DNA of 64,000 nucleotides from Cystobasidiomycetes sp. EMM_F5 (GCA_051047955.1 JBPGPT010000008.1:496001-560000); one strand, 5' to 3'. Counted from the first letter of the stretch, positions 12,601 to 26,143 are shown. The notes: generated by a model from the sequence alone, not told the origin. A program made the numbers and translations.

Positions 12601-15600
12601 GTGATCGTGCACGCAGTTAAACCACCTACCTCAGAATTCTCAATTCAGACCGATCCGCTTGTACTACCAGCGGCGCCGGCGCCGGAGCCTGTGGTGATCT
12701 ATCGCGATGTGATACCTCCCAAACCTATCGTGCAGGATTCGACGACGATGACAGACGCAATCATTGCGACAAGCTCGGCTGACGCATCTCATAAGAATGC
12801 GCTAGAGCCAGATCGTCCCGATATGCACCACGATGCTGATGTTGGCGCAGATGACGAGACCACTATCTTCCACTCCGGGCTGGTTTCCGACAGTCAGGAC
12901 GGAACACATACTCCCCAGCTCGGCTCTACCCCTAAGTCAAAATCGCGAGCATTACCAAGCTTTGACACTTTCAACCTGCTGCACGAGCAGCCTATCCCGC
13001 GCAGCGAGTCGGCCGCGCAATCCTTCAAGTCTTTCTCGGTGCACAATACTGGCTATGACACTGCAACAGAGACGGAAGGCGACTTTGAAGATGCTCAAGA
13101 GATGCTGACACCTATGGAGAATGGCACTCAGCTTGGACACTTCTCCAACACTTCTAGAGAGACCATGAGAACAGCTAGGGGCCTCGATAGCGATGACGAC
13201 AGTGATCATTACAGAGCCCTCGCGACTCCCCGATATACAGCAATAAGAAACAGAAGCTCGCGACAGGTCGTTGCCGAGCCTGTAACATTGCCGAAAGCTA
13301 TGAAGGAGATTGGCACCAGTTCCGTCAGAGAAATTGTGGAGCTGTCGAAACACGAACCACTACTCCCAGAGAAGCCTTCGGTGTCCGATGTCGGTATACA
13401 GACAGACCCCTTGGTCGATCTCCCACGAACAATGGTCACTTCTCCTACAATGCAGTTTGGCCAAGGTTCTACTGCCACGCCTATAGCTTCTGCTGTGCCT
13501 GGAGGACTTGTTTACTTACACAAGGTCGGGACGCAGCCTGCAGAGATGCCTGTGTCATCGGGTCTCAGCAGAAGTGTTTCCGCCAAATCAAGTATCAGCA
13601 ATGTTTCGGCTGTTACAGCGGATACGCATGCAACCGCTTCGACTCGCAAGGTCCGTGCACCAAAGCTCTCCATACCGCCACCACCGTCCATGCCTCCTCC
13701 TTCTGACATTATCAAGCAACATACCACGCCATCCTTCAAGCCACCCAGACCTAGTTCACCACCACCGCCTGAGCTGTTGGCCAGAGCTCAGCAGACTCCG
13801 AGCTTTCTGTCGACCGCGCGGAACGGACGACGGACATCTTCTGCCGGTGCAAGCGATACCATGTCGAGCACATCTACGCCAATACACGGCAATATGCTGG
13901 GAAGCAGAGATGAGCACTTCTATGGCGCGTCTCCTGCGCCTCTTCCGGCTGCCCGGACATCTGGCGTCCCTCGGGCGGTCGCTTCGGCGGCACAATTGCG
14001 AGATGCGCCGCCTCTACGCACACAGGGCGCTTCGACCGGATCCGAAGGTATGACTAGTCATTCTATCGAGCCGATGAGACGTGCGGGAGCAATCACGCCA
14101 GTCAACACGGCAGCCAGACCACCTTCTCGTGGCGCCTCTACCTCCACTAGACGGCGGCATGACCGTATGCATCCTGCAAGGGCGTCCATGTCCTCACTAG
14201 GCAGCAGCGCTTCATCCATAAGCGGCATACAAGCTACAAACTTTGGAGAGGCAACTAATCATTCAGGTGACAGCGGAGGCCTAAGTGGGCTTGCTGGCAC
14301 GCCCGATCCCATCATCCAAAGCATCACACAGACTATGATTGGAGCGTATTTCTTCAAATACACTCGCACCACATTCCGCAGAGAGACTTCGCAGAATAGG
14401 CACAAACGCTTCTTTTGGGTCCATCCTTACACCAAGACGCTCTATTGGTCCGACAAGGATCACGGAGCACCCGACGTCAATCAGTCGAGTGCGAAAAGTT
14501 GTGGGTGCCCTTGTTATCGAGGGCATATCCCGAGACTGACGTGTGCAACGCTCAGTATTTATCGCTGGCGTGCGTGAAGAAGTCGACACGAACACTCAGC
14601 CCCCTGGTTTGGTTGGCGTAAGCATTGTCGTGTACAACGAAGGCCGTGAGGTGAAATTCACGGCTCCGACGTACGAGCGGCACGATACCTGGATGAATGT
14701 TAGTCCGAGGGGTCTCATTGCTGATTTGCGCCATGACGCTGATGTCACGGTTGTTGTCTAGGCGATAAGCTACCTCCTGAATCGGCCGGAAGGTACTGGT
14801 ATTGTACCCGCGACGCCTGCACGATCGACTCGTGTCATGCCCGACACGCCTGGCAGTACGCGGTCGTTCAGTCTGATCAAGTCTATCAATCGTTCGGCTT
14901 CGTCACTGAGGTTTAGAAAGCAAAGCGACCCTCTTACCTTGTCTGATGCAACACGGGAGGCGACACTTGTACCGAATCGAGCTGGACATGCCCGACCGGG
15001 CGGTACGGTCGGCCGGACTGGCAAGAATCGAGCTTCAGTTATGAGCATGATGGATGCGGATGTGGACGAGCACGGTCAGCGCCATCGCAGTCAGATTGCT
15101 AGACCTGCTACGAGCCTCGGAACTTATACCTACTCTACGCCAAGTAACGTCAATGCGCATAATGGGACGCCCGCGAGTGGTAGTGCAAGAGACGTTGAGG
15201 ACGAGTCCTCAAGAGTGACCCCAAAGCCGTCTGATCACAAGACTGCCTCGAAGTCTGCGAGAAAGATGTCGATTGTCGGGATGATGGGCGGAGGGCATCG
15301 AGAGACGTCGACGGGACACGACATCAGTGGTCCAGCACCGAAACGACCGGCTACGCCCGCTGCAGAGTATCAGGAACTGGCGGCACAGTATGGATCGCCG
15401 AGGAGTATTCGAAGCTACAAGCGACCTTCTACGGCCATGTCACTCACTGCTCCTGCTCCAAACGTCATTGCCGACGAGAGTATCGAGTTTATCGACCGTC
15501 GCGATGTACTTGGGGTGGATGAGCACGGTCAAGGGTATGAAGGATTGGAGAATGTCCGAGCGTGCTGTAACGGCGCTCACGATGTCGGCTCGCTCAGTGT

Positions 15601-16018
15601 CGGGCAGAGCAAGCGCCATCACCATCATCACCCTCCAGCCTCGGCGAGCGGTACTGCAAGTGCTGCCTCTATTGCCAGTCGTACTTCGAGCCGGCGCAGC
15701 AATCCGACTGGAACGATTAGCAGTATTGCAAGTGCGAATCGCATGTTTGGGTACAATCCGCACAAGGAGGCGAGTGTGGGTGGTACGACTACGACTACGA
15801 GCAAGCGGCAGCGGGAGAGGACGAGCAGTAGCGGAGTGCATGCACCGGGTGATGCTGTCCCGCCTCTCCCCGCTGGAGCGTTGCATCTGGCAGGGACGTT
15901 TGAAGAGCCAGGGAGTCCTAGCCTTCGAGCGAGGGGACTCACGTCTACGCTGAGGAGTGCGAGCAGTAATGCCAACCTTGCCGGCGGGCACTCTCGATCT
16001 CGGAAGGGTGCTCGGTGA
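9642..16018 (+). CDS. NUM1: Num1/ApsA/Mcp5-like cortical dynein anchor (nuclear migration protein)
   Basis: N-terminal coiled coils (DVEFAAEIGQGLLVEVRRLQALL, ENWNLE); central repeats; Mcp5-type PH domain TQTMIGAYFFKYTR...RHKRFFWVHPYTKTLYWS...FTAPTYERHDTW; late LENVRACCNGAHDV motif. Confidence 0.88.
9720..9743 (+). repeat. (ACA)n microsatellite encoding poly-Thr
   Basis: acaacaacaacaacaacaacaaca in Num1 exon 1. Confidence 0.85.
11872..12756 (+). repeat. About 9 degenerate ~35-38 aa coding repeats (QTD...PEPVVIYRDVEV...PKP)
   Basis: Visible directly in the translation of ORF 10303..14577. Confidence 0.9.
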
Positions 16019-16527
16019 GTAGGATACGGAGAGGAGCTGAAGTGTGAACAGTGCCATTGGCGAGTCCATACTCTGCCCACATCATCGCATGACACTAGCT
16101 TGGACAGGAGTGTACCTCCCTAGCCTATATCTCGTTGTTGTTGGGTAGGCTGTACAGTTGCCCGTCTCGCTTGACATTGCCTTTACATTGCTCCTTGACC
16201 TTGCTCCAACTCGACGAGGAGGAGTATATCAGAGAGAGTAGCAGCAGACGAGAGCACGAGGAGACGAGGAGGCATTCCCGACAGCTCAGCGCAGAGTTCA
16301 AACAAAGACCTAGTTAGGGTACTGCCACCAGTTGCACCCGGTGAGGAAACGGGAGCACTGTCATTATACGAGTATCCACTAAATGCCATCATGCTCCAGC
16401 CGTCCGGTATCGCTACGGCCCTCGACAACTGCGGCAGTCTCGGTCAGAGCTCGCATTGCCCACGTTTGGAACGCAGGAAGATTACAATCCAAGGAGCTCG
16501 AAGACGCACAAAATACAGACACCCTGT

Positions 16528-16553
16528 AGCATACAAGCATACAAGCATACAAG
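16528..16553 (+). repeat. Short tandem repeat (AGCATACA)x3 upstream of wc-1
   Basis: agcatacaagcatacaagcatacaag. Confidence 0.7.
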
Positions 16554-16713
16554 ACACATCAACCGAATACGACACATTCGACGACGTTGAATAAAAGAAT
16601 AAAAGTCTCCGCAGCAAAGATCTGAGCGACAGTGACGTCCCGCTTCGGGCAGCCAGGCAAGTATCACAAATCTCTCGTCCAAGCTGATACAGGACACTTT
16701 GTAACTACACTAC

Positions 16714-19700
16714 ATGGCATCGCCGTTCGACTTTTCATCCTTCCTGCTCACTCCTCCCATTCCCGGCGCACTCAACGATGGCCAGACGGGACAGGGCAGT
16801 GGAGGTGCGGGAACCAGAGTCACCACTACGACCTCGTCTCAGCAGCCTCAGCAGCCTCAGCAGCCTCAGAACGATGGCAGTAGCATGGGGCAGTATCTGA
16901 GTGCATCGTATGAGTCGAACAATGGCTCCAGGCAAGCTCCTCAACAGCAGCAGAGTGCAGCAGACGGGAGGAATCAGCAATATCAGCCGAGTCAACAGTA
17001 TCAACCGACAAACCAACAGCAACATCAGCAGCAATTGTATGGGCAGCAGCAACAGCAGGACCGATATCCGCAGTATGCCAACCAGCAGCTTGCCAACGAT
17101 GGCTCAAACGATCGATTCGCTTATACTTCGCAGGATGCCAATCTGAATACAGTCAACAACAATGGCTATGGTGCAAATCTCAATTATGCGGTTCCGAACC
17201 AGCCCAGCAGTGCCATGCAAGCTGGCGGAGGAGAACAATACAACCAAGTCAACAATCAACAGCACAATCAGCAACAGCAGAATCAGCATCTTTCAGAGCC
17301 GAACTATCAGCAGTCTGCGCAGCAACACATATCGCAGAGCTCGAATCAAAGTAGCTCCGCCGCTTCGTCCTCTGCAGCGTCCAAGCTACAAAGCTTTGAT
17401 GATCGCGATTTTGGTCTAGATCCATCGGCCTTTTCGAATGTAGCGTTTCAGATGCCCTCCTTCCTTTCGGCAACGATTGATCCGTCCCAGTTTGGCATCC
17501 AAGGCGTTACTATGGTTGATCCGCAAGCGTGAGTCAGTCTCGTTTGCTGTGCGAGCCGTCTGGACTGATAGTCATTGCCCTACCGACAGATTTCACAATC
17601 CTCAGCAGTCAAATGTCTACCAGCCGTACTCGTACGGGCAAGCAAGTATGCCGTCGTCTGGACAATCCAACCAGTATACGGGGAGCGTTAGCAGCATGCC
17701 GACCATTGACACGGGTGCCCTCTATGGTAACACCGGGATGCATAATCAAGCTCAATCACAGCAGCAGCAGCAATCAAATCAGAGTTATTATCAGAACACT
17801 GGTAATCAGCGCAAGTTGCAACAAGCAAGCGGCGCTGTTGCGAAGGCTTCGTCGAATACCTACCGGCCAGATACCAGCAATCCAGTCTACGGCATCTACG
17901 GTTCTTCAGTCATTAGCATCAACCCTGATAGTTCGCCATTCAAGCTACAACTCAACAGTGCACAACCGCCGTATGATCCGAATCAGCAGGAAGCCCGTGG
18001 CGATTCTCCAGATTTCGATCCAAAGTCACTAGGACTGCCAATAGGCAACAAGCTGTTTCCTCAGCCTCTTCCTGGCCTCTACTCGACCTCCGGCTTCGAT
18101 ATGCTCGGCGTTCTAGCCAGAGTCGTGGCACGCCCTAACCCGCAGATCAATATTGGACCGGTAGATACGAGTTGCTCCTTCCTTGTCGTTGATGCACGAC
18201 GCTACGATATGCCAATTGTCTTTGCCTCGACGACTTTTTCGGAATTGACGGGCTACAACAATGCAGAGATTATCGGCCGCAACTGCCGTTTCTTGCAAGC
18301 TCCGGATGGACATGTTGCGCTGGGATCGAGAAGGCGGTATACGGACGGAAATGCAGTGTACCATCTCAAGACGCACATTTCGTCTGGCAAAGAGTCACAA
18401 GCGAGCATCATCAACTATCGCAAGGATGGCTCACCATTCATCAACCTCGTGACTGTCATTCCCATCACATGGGATACAGACGAGATTGCCTACTTTGTTG
18501 GCTTTCAAGTCGACCTCGTAGAGCAACCAAATGCAATCCTAGAAAAGATGAGAAACGGTACTTATGTCGTAAATTACTCTCTCCTGCCCACCACTCAGGG
18601 ATCGAGCCTCAACTCTATACTTCCGATTCCGACAGAACCACCAGAAGAGACGCTGCCCGCCGATGACACGGCTTGGTCTGAACAGAAGGCTGTAAAGATC
18701 GTGAACCCGGTAGCATCTAGTGCGGCTACCGTGGCTGCTGCTCAGAGCAGCATGCCCATTGCACCTGAATTACTCGAAGTCATGGGACTCGTTGACGGCG
18801 GTGACGAGTTAGACGATGACGCAGCCAAGAAGAAGTGGAACAAGATGCTTCTGGACAACACTGGCGATTTCGTTCACGTGCTATCGCTCAAGGGGTCTTT
18901 CCTGTACGTATCTCCGAGTATTCGAGGGCTATTGGAGTACGAGCCGTCAGATCTCATTGGCAAAACGCTGCAAAGCGTATGCCACCCTTCAGACATTGTG
19001 CCAGTCATGCGAGAGTTGAAGGAGGCCTCTACAGTCACCCATCCAATCATCAACCTTCTCTACCGCTTTCGACGCAAAAGATCGGGCTACGTGTGGCTCG
19101 AAGCTCAGGGTAAACTCTACCTGGAGCAATCCAAATCACGCAAATGCGTCATTCTAGTCGGGCGAGAAAGGCCAGTCTATAAGATCTCATGGCAGGATTT
19201 GAAAGAGGCAGGTGGACTAGGCGAGAAGGAATTCTGGAGTAAGATATCTCCCGATGGCATGTTTTTGTACTGTACGCCCACCGTCAAGACGGTCCTTGGT
19301 CACGATGCCGACGACCTTCGTGGGAGGAGCATGTTTGAGCTGGTCGAGCAGGACAAGACGGCCGAGCTTACCAAAGCATTACAAGATGCGACTGCTGGTA
19401 GATCAGTTCGTCTGCAACACAAATTGCGCAGCTTTGCCGGCAACCATCTCGACGTTATTACGAGTTTCTTCCCCAATTCCGCTCCGAAGGACTCTGCAAG
19501 TCAGAGGACGGCTGGCACGGTGTACCCTTCGGTTATCGCCCAGACAAACGAACTTTCGTCTGAGATGCGCCGCCGACAAAGCACGGTGCATCCGTCATCA
19601 CTGCCCAAGCCATATGGTGTATCTACAACAGACGATGGGCGAACTGCTTTGAATATAGCAGCAGCTTCAAGCGCAGCTATCCGCGATATGATAGTAACAA

Positions 19701-20329
19701 CTGAAGCCAGCGATGATAGCGACTCTGCCAAGGATGGCGCAACATCAAGCGGTCCAAGCGGATCAGATGTTTCTGCTCCATCCACATTCTCTGCTATTCC
19801 TTCGACGTACAAGACGCTCGTTATGCAAGGCAATACAGCATCAGACAATATCTTTGACGAGCTCGATACTATCCGCAGCACAAGCTGGCAATACGAGCTA
19901 CACCAGCTCAAGCTTACCAACAAGAAATTAAAGGAAGAATTACACATGCTTCAAGCTGCTAAGCGCAAACGAAAGAAGAAGACAATTATCGAGCATATCG
20001 GCGCTGGTAGTGGCAGTACTAGCGCGCCAGCCAGTCCGCCTGCAAGTAATGCGAAAGCGTGCGCAAACTGCGGGCGAACAGATTCTCCGGAATGGAGAGT
20101 CGGCCCAACCGGTCAGCGAAATCTCTGTAACGCCTGCGGTCTGCGCTGGGCAAAGGCTACGAGAGTACATCGGCAAAATAGTGCGACTCCGTCGACGACG
20201 CCAAGCTCCGGCTCCGGTGGCTCCGACATGGATACTGCCGCAAGTTATCTTCAGGCTATCCCAGTTGCCGGTCCGTTCGGACTACGTCCTCCTCTCAAAC
20301 ATGCAGAATCTTCGCAATTCAATCCCTGA
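16714..20329 (+). CDS. wc-1: White Collar-1 blue-light photoreceptor/transcription factor
   Basis: Q-rich N-terminus; [14 protein letters not shown] cap; LOV motif GRNCRFLQ; two further PAS domains; basic KRKRKKK; GATA finger CANC-x18-CNAC. Intron 17529-17589. Confidence 0.95.
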
Positions 20330-20592
20330 CAGGATCACGTCCGCCTTGCATACATTTCATATATATTTCAATTTTCATCAGTGTAGATTATCGGAAGGCT
20401 TTGAAAGACTCAGTCATATGTAGCATTACGGAACAGCATGTCATCGGACAGCTGCGAGACTGCCTCCAGCATGTACAAACCAAGTTGTGCATAACTTTTA
20501 CCGCTCTGCCTGCCATTATTGCACAACATGTATAGACCTATAGATACAGATAAGATAGCGATATCACACTCCAGTCTGACACTCAGGAGGCG

Positions 20593-22386
20593 TTAACCCA
20601 ATGGTTCGCTGTTCTCCGATAACCTCGATAGGTGTATGTATACATCGGTCTGTCAAGGAAGGGTATCGCAGTCAGTGATCTTTTACCATGACCCTGAGGC
20701 CAGATTGATATTTACTCCGTATCCTTGCATTGATATGAGCTTTACGTTGCCTCCTAGGTACTGCGCGTATAGTCGGCAAACTGGAAGGCCGTATCCAAAA
20801 CCAGCCAGTGGCGCTTTGAAATCGGATCCACCGAACTGATCGCCGACTTCTTGAGCTTGTGCAGTTGTAAAAGCGTAGTTCCAGACAAGATGTACGTCCT
20901 TCCTCGGTATTCCGCCTCCTTCGTCTGAGATCTTGATTGTGATGTCGTCCTGCCCTTCCGCAACGATGACTTTTACGGGAGGGTAGGCGTCGGCCTCCTC
21001 GCCGTAAGTCTCGACAGTTGCTCGCAGCGAGTTCTTCAAGATCTCAAAAAGCATATGATTCTGTGGTATGGCTTGTCAGGGCTGCAATCTGTCTGAAGCT
21101 CGATATGCGAACGAAGGGCGTACCAAATGACTCGGTATGTACATGAATCTCAAGTCCTCTGGACACGTCAGCTCCACCCTCGGTCCTTTGAACAGACCGT
21201 AGTGTTCTTCGCAGATGAATAAAGCGTTATCGATAGCTTCTTGTGCGACCTCCTTGACGTTTGTGTTTGTGCAGATGACGCCGACGTAATTTGGGTCGGG
21301 ATCAAGTTGATTGAGAGCGATATGCTGTCCAATGAGCACGCGGATACCTATCCGGCTCATGTAGAATCTGTCCAAGAACGTCTGTAGTGTCTTCTCCACC
21401 TGCTTGCTCTGCGGCTTCCCTCGTTTCAGCTCAAATACGCCTTGCGCGATTGTCGTCACCACTGGATCATGCCGCGTCTTGATCTTGACAAGGGCTTTGG
21501 TGAATTGTTCGTTATACGCATGCACTTCCGGCGGCCATTCTACGCTTAATCTCGGATTCGTGTAGTATCTTGTCAATCATGGGACATGAGATTCACTTCA
21601 GCGGTGTAGATGTGGTAGATTGAGTGATCTTACCGGCTGTTAGTGGCAGATCTCGCTTTCCCATTTAATGACTTTGTGTGTTGTTCAAACATGTGTGGCG
21701 GTAAGCTTGGATTCGGTAAGCCTTCTGGCAGAGGTTCAGTCTCGATAGATCCCTTCACTAGCGCATCTCGTATATGTGGTGGTACTTTTGGCTTAGGGAA
21801 TTTGACCAATTCCTGCGGTAGTACGTATACAGCCGGAATCCAGGTCAGTCGATCCGAACGAATGCTGCGTGACGAATGTCGAAATAGTCGAAAGCAGACA
21901 CTGGTACTCACCTCAAACGACTGCGCATACCAGTTCTTGACCTTTTTGATACTCGGCATTTCATTGAGTCCGAGCGGTAATTCGTCCAGGTCTTTCACGC
22001 GATGGGCAAGTCTTATCGGCAGTTCCTCTAAATGCAACGAAGCGGTGAGCAGGGGAAATATGACCGTCAGTAAGCTTTCTCTCCCGCGACCGGGCTCTCT
22101 CCGCTTTCCAGGCCTGACCGGGGTAACCATTGCACAGACTGACCAGCTAGGAACTCGGAGGCTCGCAGGAGGGTTCCCTGAGATGGATACTGGCCTGTAG
22201 GTATCCGGATATCAGCTCAGCCCAATTAAAGCCCAGTCGAAAGAGCCGTTTGCTTCGGGCGACCCAGTCATTCGATATCCCTCACGCACCAAATCGGACA
22301 AGGGCGCGCAAGGACACGGGGGTCTGCGGGAAGCCAGCATAGTGCGATATCGTGTCGTACAGCTGAGGGCTTATCCGAAAAGACAT
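20593..22386 (-). CDS. Mitochondrial pyruvate dehydrogenase (alpha-ketoacid dehydrogenase) kinase
   Basis: ELPIRLAHRV; FLDRFYMSRIGIRVLIGQH; GHKL boxes EILKNSLRA, KISDEGGGIP, LAGFGYGLP; final exon TDVYIHL. Confidence 0.93.
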
Positions 22387-22745
22387 ATCCGTATAGCCGG
22401 AGCCAGCCAAGTTGGGCAGGATATCGAATACGGCAGCAGCAGCGGTATTATTGGAGCTTTGCAGGCTGGGCAGCAGTGGAAGACGTGGACTCGTACTCAA
22501 AATTGCTGGGCGGCAGCGGTTGGAAAAGATGCAGGCGTGTAAATGAACGTCGCAGCTTGGCTCCAGACTGACTATCGACGGAACAAGCGACTGGCAGCTT
22601 TTCGACTATGCACCACTACAAGACAGCAGCTGAAACGGCAGATTACCCTTCCCTGAACAAATGATGGAAAAGTACCCCGTATTGACGCCTGCGACCCTAA
22701 TTATCTGAACGGCCACCATCAACTTCCCTAGACATCCCTCACACT

Positions 22746-25138
22746 TCAAGCCTCGCTCTGCCCGGCCGGCATCTTGTGCTTGCTTGCGGGAGCGAATGCT
22801 TCACGGCGTTTATTGCTCCATGGCCAGGTCCATTTCCGGTTGAGAGGAGACTCGGAGCCAGTGTACAACATGGCATCGTACAGGAAGCTCCCAAAGAGTG
22901 CGCCAGCAATAGTAGCACAGACCTAATCATACGCAAGTTTTCGTCAGTCCAGCTCGCAATTTTAACGACGACAATCCGACTTGCTGGAGTCCACAGCCAG
23001 TACTGATTCCTAAAGTTCCAAACTTCACGTCCGTAACCCGCCCACCACGTAACAAGTCTTGGTCCAAGATCTCTTGCAGGATTGATGCAGTAGGCCGTCT
23101 GCATGCCCAAAGCAGCACCTAGGCCAGTGATAAGAAGGAAGAGGACAAGCGGATTCAAGCCATCGGGCGGCGAGGCATTGTTGCTATCCGAGATTGCGAG
23201 CACGACGACAAGGAGGATGGTAGCATTGACAAATTCTTGGAAAAAGGCATTCGCGTCCGACAGGTATGTTTCTGTGATTGAAAGCCCCCGACATCAGTAT
23301 GACCTATACAAACGCAGCTGCCGAATCAACCTACGCGGATATGTCGCAAATAGATTCGCAGTAGCAGTAGCTCCAGTGACGGTACGAATTCCAGGTCCAC
23401 CTTCGTACAGCGAGATAGCCCGACGATATAGTCCGTAATTGAGACCTGCTGCGCATGTGCTGCCCGCAATCTGAGCGAGGACGTAACCTGGCACTTTACG
23501 CCAGGGAAAGCCTCTGAACACAGCCAGAGAGAGCGTAACAGCCGGCTGCGCAACGTACATCAAACATGATACACCAGTGTCGACGAATACCCAAAAGACC
23601 TACATTGATGTGACCACCGGAAATACCGCCAGCAACCCAAACGCCCACTTGAATGAGATCACAGACTTAGTCGATAGGCTGGATGTAAGTAGCGTTTGTC
23701 AACGTACTGGCTACACCGATGCCCCAGCCAAATGAAACCGAAAGATAGGTACCGTAGGTTGTGTCTGTGACTGCTTTGCTCGTCGACAAGAAGTACTGCA
23801 GCGACACGCCTGTGCCAAACATGATAAGAAGAACTGGCAGTATGAGTGAATCTCACATTAGCGCTTTGGGAAACGATAGACCCGATGAAAGAAGAAAGAC
23901 TCACACGTTCCCAAAAACTCTGCAAATACTTCGCGCATGGTATGCCTGAATCTTGCCCAGGGATTCGGGAACTCCTCTGCGTCATCGTCTTCGGAATCAC
24001 AAGACGAGCCCGATCCAGAAGAAGTCAACGAGTCTCTTCGCTCTGCTCTCGCCGTTCTCTTTTCGGCACCAGACTCGTTCTTATCCATCTTGCCCTCTTT
24101 TCCGGCTCCCCCCTCCCCATCATCCCGTACGTCCTCTGCATTGGCAACCGCAAATTCATCGACCTTTTTATTCGTCTTTTCGTTCTCCCGCAAGAGCTGT
24201 TTGAGCAGGTCCATAATCTGATCTTTATCGCCTCCTCCATCACCTCCGATGCGGAAGTCGCGGTTATGGGATGGGAAGTATGCAGACGTAGCAGTATGGG
24301 GAGTATAGTATGCAGAGGCTGGCCCAGCTACTCCGCCGTGATGCATTGCACCAGGTCCGATACGTAAATCCTGTCGAGGATATCTGCGTGGAGTCGCACT
24401 GGAGGAATGATGGTGCGAATGACGATGATGCGAATGGTACGACGCTCCGTCATCAATCGTGCCGTTATGTCCTCCTACGGCACTATGGGCCGCTGCCCTT
24501 GCTCGAACATCATCGCGGTAGGCCTTTTGCGCTAGTCGCTGCTCATTCGTGGGCAGTGGTCGAGCGAGCGAGAAGAGCGGTGTACGGTGTTTCGCCGACT
24601 GATGATCTACTGGCCGTCTGTCCCATGGGAGTGGAGACGGATAAGGATAGCCATACGGGTCAAACGAGTGATTGCGGTGGGAAGAGTAGCCAGAGTGGGT
24701 ACGGCGAGCAGAAGGACGGAAAGTGGTGGTATTGTAGCCCGCCGACTTTGGCATGGCGCGTGGCTGGACATCATCGTGCGACCTCGTCTGGACTAGGGTG
24801 TCTCCACCTGTATTGATGGGGGCGAGAAAGACTGGAGCGGGATTGGAAGCAGGAGCTCCGGCAGATGACTGAGTGAGTTGGTCGAGTGTGTCGGTCTTGA
24901 ACAGCGGAGGAGACATCGGAGCAGACACAGAGAGACGGGGTGCCATTCCACCGACATAGCCGGTCGCGTGGTCTATGGCCGTAATGGGCTGGTCATTGTC
25001 GTCAAAGGCCGTGCGACCAGAGGAGGGTGGGCTGTCGCCGTTGGACGAGGTAATGTCGTGTCGAGAAGTCTGGCGGGATACGGGCGAGCTGACGGTTCCA
25101 AAGCGGACTGCCTTGTCTGCCGAAGGGTCTGCTGCCAT
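22746..25138 (-). CDS. Aquaglyceroporin (MIP family), Yfl054-like with long N-terminal extension
   Basis: FAEFLGT; GISGGHIN/PAVT; second box NPARDLGPR (glyceroporin type); N-terminal PLFSLARPLP motif. Confidence 0.92.
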
Positions 25139-25676
25139 GACGTCGCCGGAGAGAACGAGGCGTAGAGTGGGAGTGAAATGTGACGAATGGGTCTGGGTGT
25201 GCAACTTGTCTGCCTTGTCTGATTGTAAAAGAGCAGAGCCAACCCTCGAAGGCTGTTCCTTTTCGGCAAGATGAGCTACTAAAATGCGAAAAGCTTGGAT
25301 GTTCCGACGAGGCTTGTCGGGGGATAGAAGTTATCGAGGGCTGGCTGGCTTGGATGTTGTGTTGTGAGAGGCTATTCAGTAGTTGGTTTATATCCAATGG
25401 TCTTATAAGTCCCGCCTTGTTGTCCGACTTCTGACTTGCCTGTCACTTTATGATTGCCACGGTCCGACTGCCCCGGTGCCTGTCAGTCGGCTCGGCGTTG
25501 AAGAAAAGAACGGCAAACGACAACTACGACGATAGAATGGTATTCACTCAAGCACACAGTAGCGGTGGACGGATCTGCAGTCATGAGAATACGCGCAGTA
25601 ATGAAGGGCTCGCTGGTGACTTGCAAACTGATCACTACAACGGGAAGAGTAAAGGTAAGGGTAGAGGTGACTGCGC

Positions 25677-26143
25677 TTAATCGAACAGACCAAAGCCCAT
25701 GTCGTCGTCTGATTCCTCCTTCTCTTCCTCTGTTCAGTGAGGAATGCGAAGAGTCAGCTTGAAACACGTCTATAAAATGTTGAATCAACCCACCCTTCTT
25801 CTCCTCGACCTTTGCCTCCTCGGCAGCACCACCTGCAGCCGCACCACCAGCAGCTGGAGCAGCAGCAGCACCGCTTCCGCCCGACGGGACAGACGAGAGC
25901 TTTGAGGAACCAGTCGAGATCAACTCGTTGATGTCCTTTCCTTCGAGCTCGCTCAGCAGCTTGCTCAGTCGGTCAGAGTCGGTGTCGACGCTAGATGTAA
26001 GACAGTGTGTCAGTTGAGTCATGTCGACTACCACTGTAAAGTATATCCTACCCTGCAGCATCCAAGACCGACTTGATATCGGCCTCTGACGGGCTGGCAT
26101 TTCCGCCAATTTGGAGGAGGAGGTAGGCAGCAATGTAGCGCAT
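25677..26143 (-). CDS. RPP2: 60S acidic ribosomal protein P2
   Basis: [19 protein letters not shown]...[10 protein letters not shown]...[17 protein letters not shown]; two introns. Confidence 0.96.

Noticed and set aside
15327..16095. Long overlapping alternative-frame and antisense ORFs in the Num1 3' exon (similar cases elsewhere)
   Set aside because: Expected shadows of real low-complexity coding sequence; no recognisable motifs.
16391..16594. uORF regulating wc-1
   Set aside because: Transcription start is unknown and the peptide is unremarkable; no supporting evidence.
16840..17330. CAG/CAA-rich repeats as a separate element
   Set aside because: They encode the Gln-rich N-terminus typical of WC-1.
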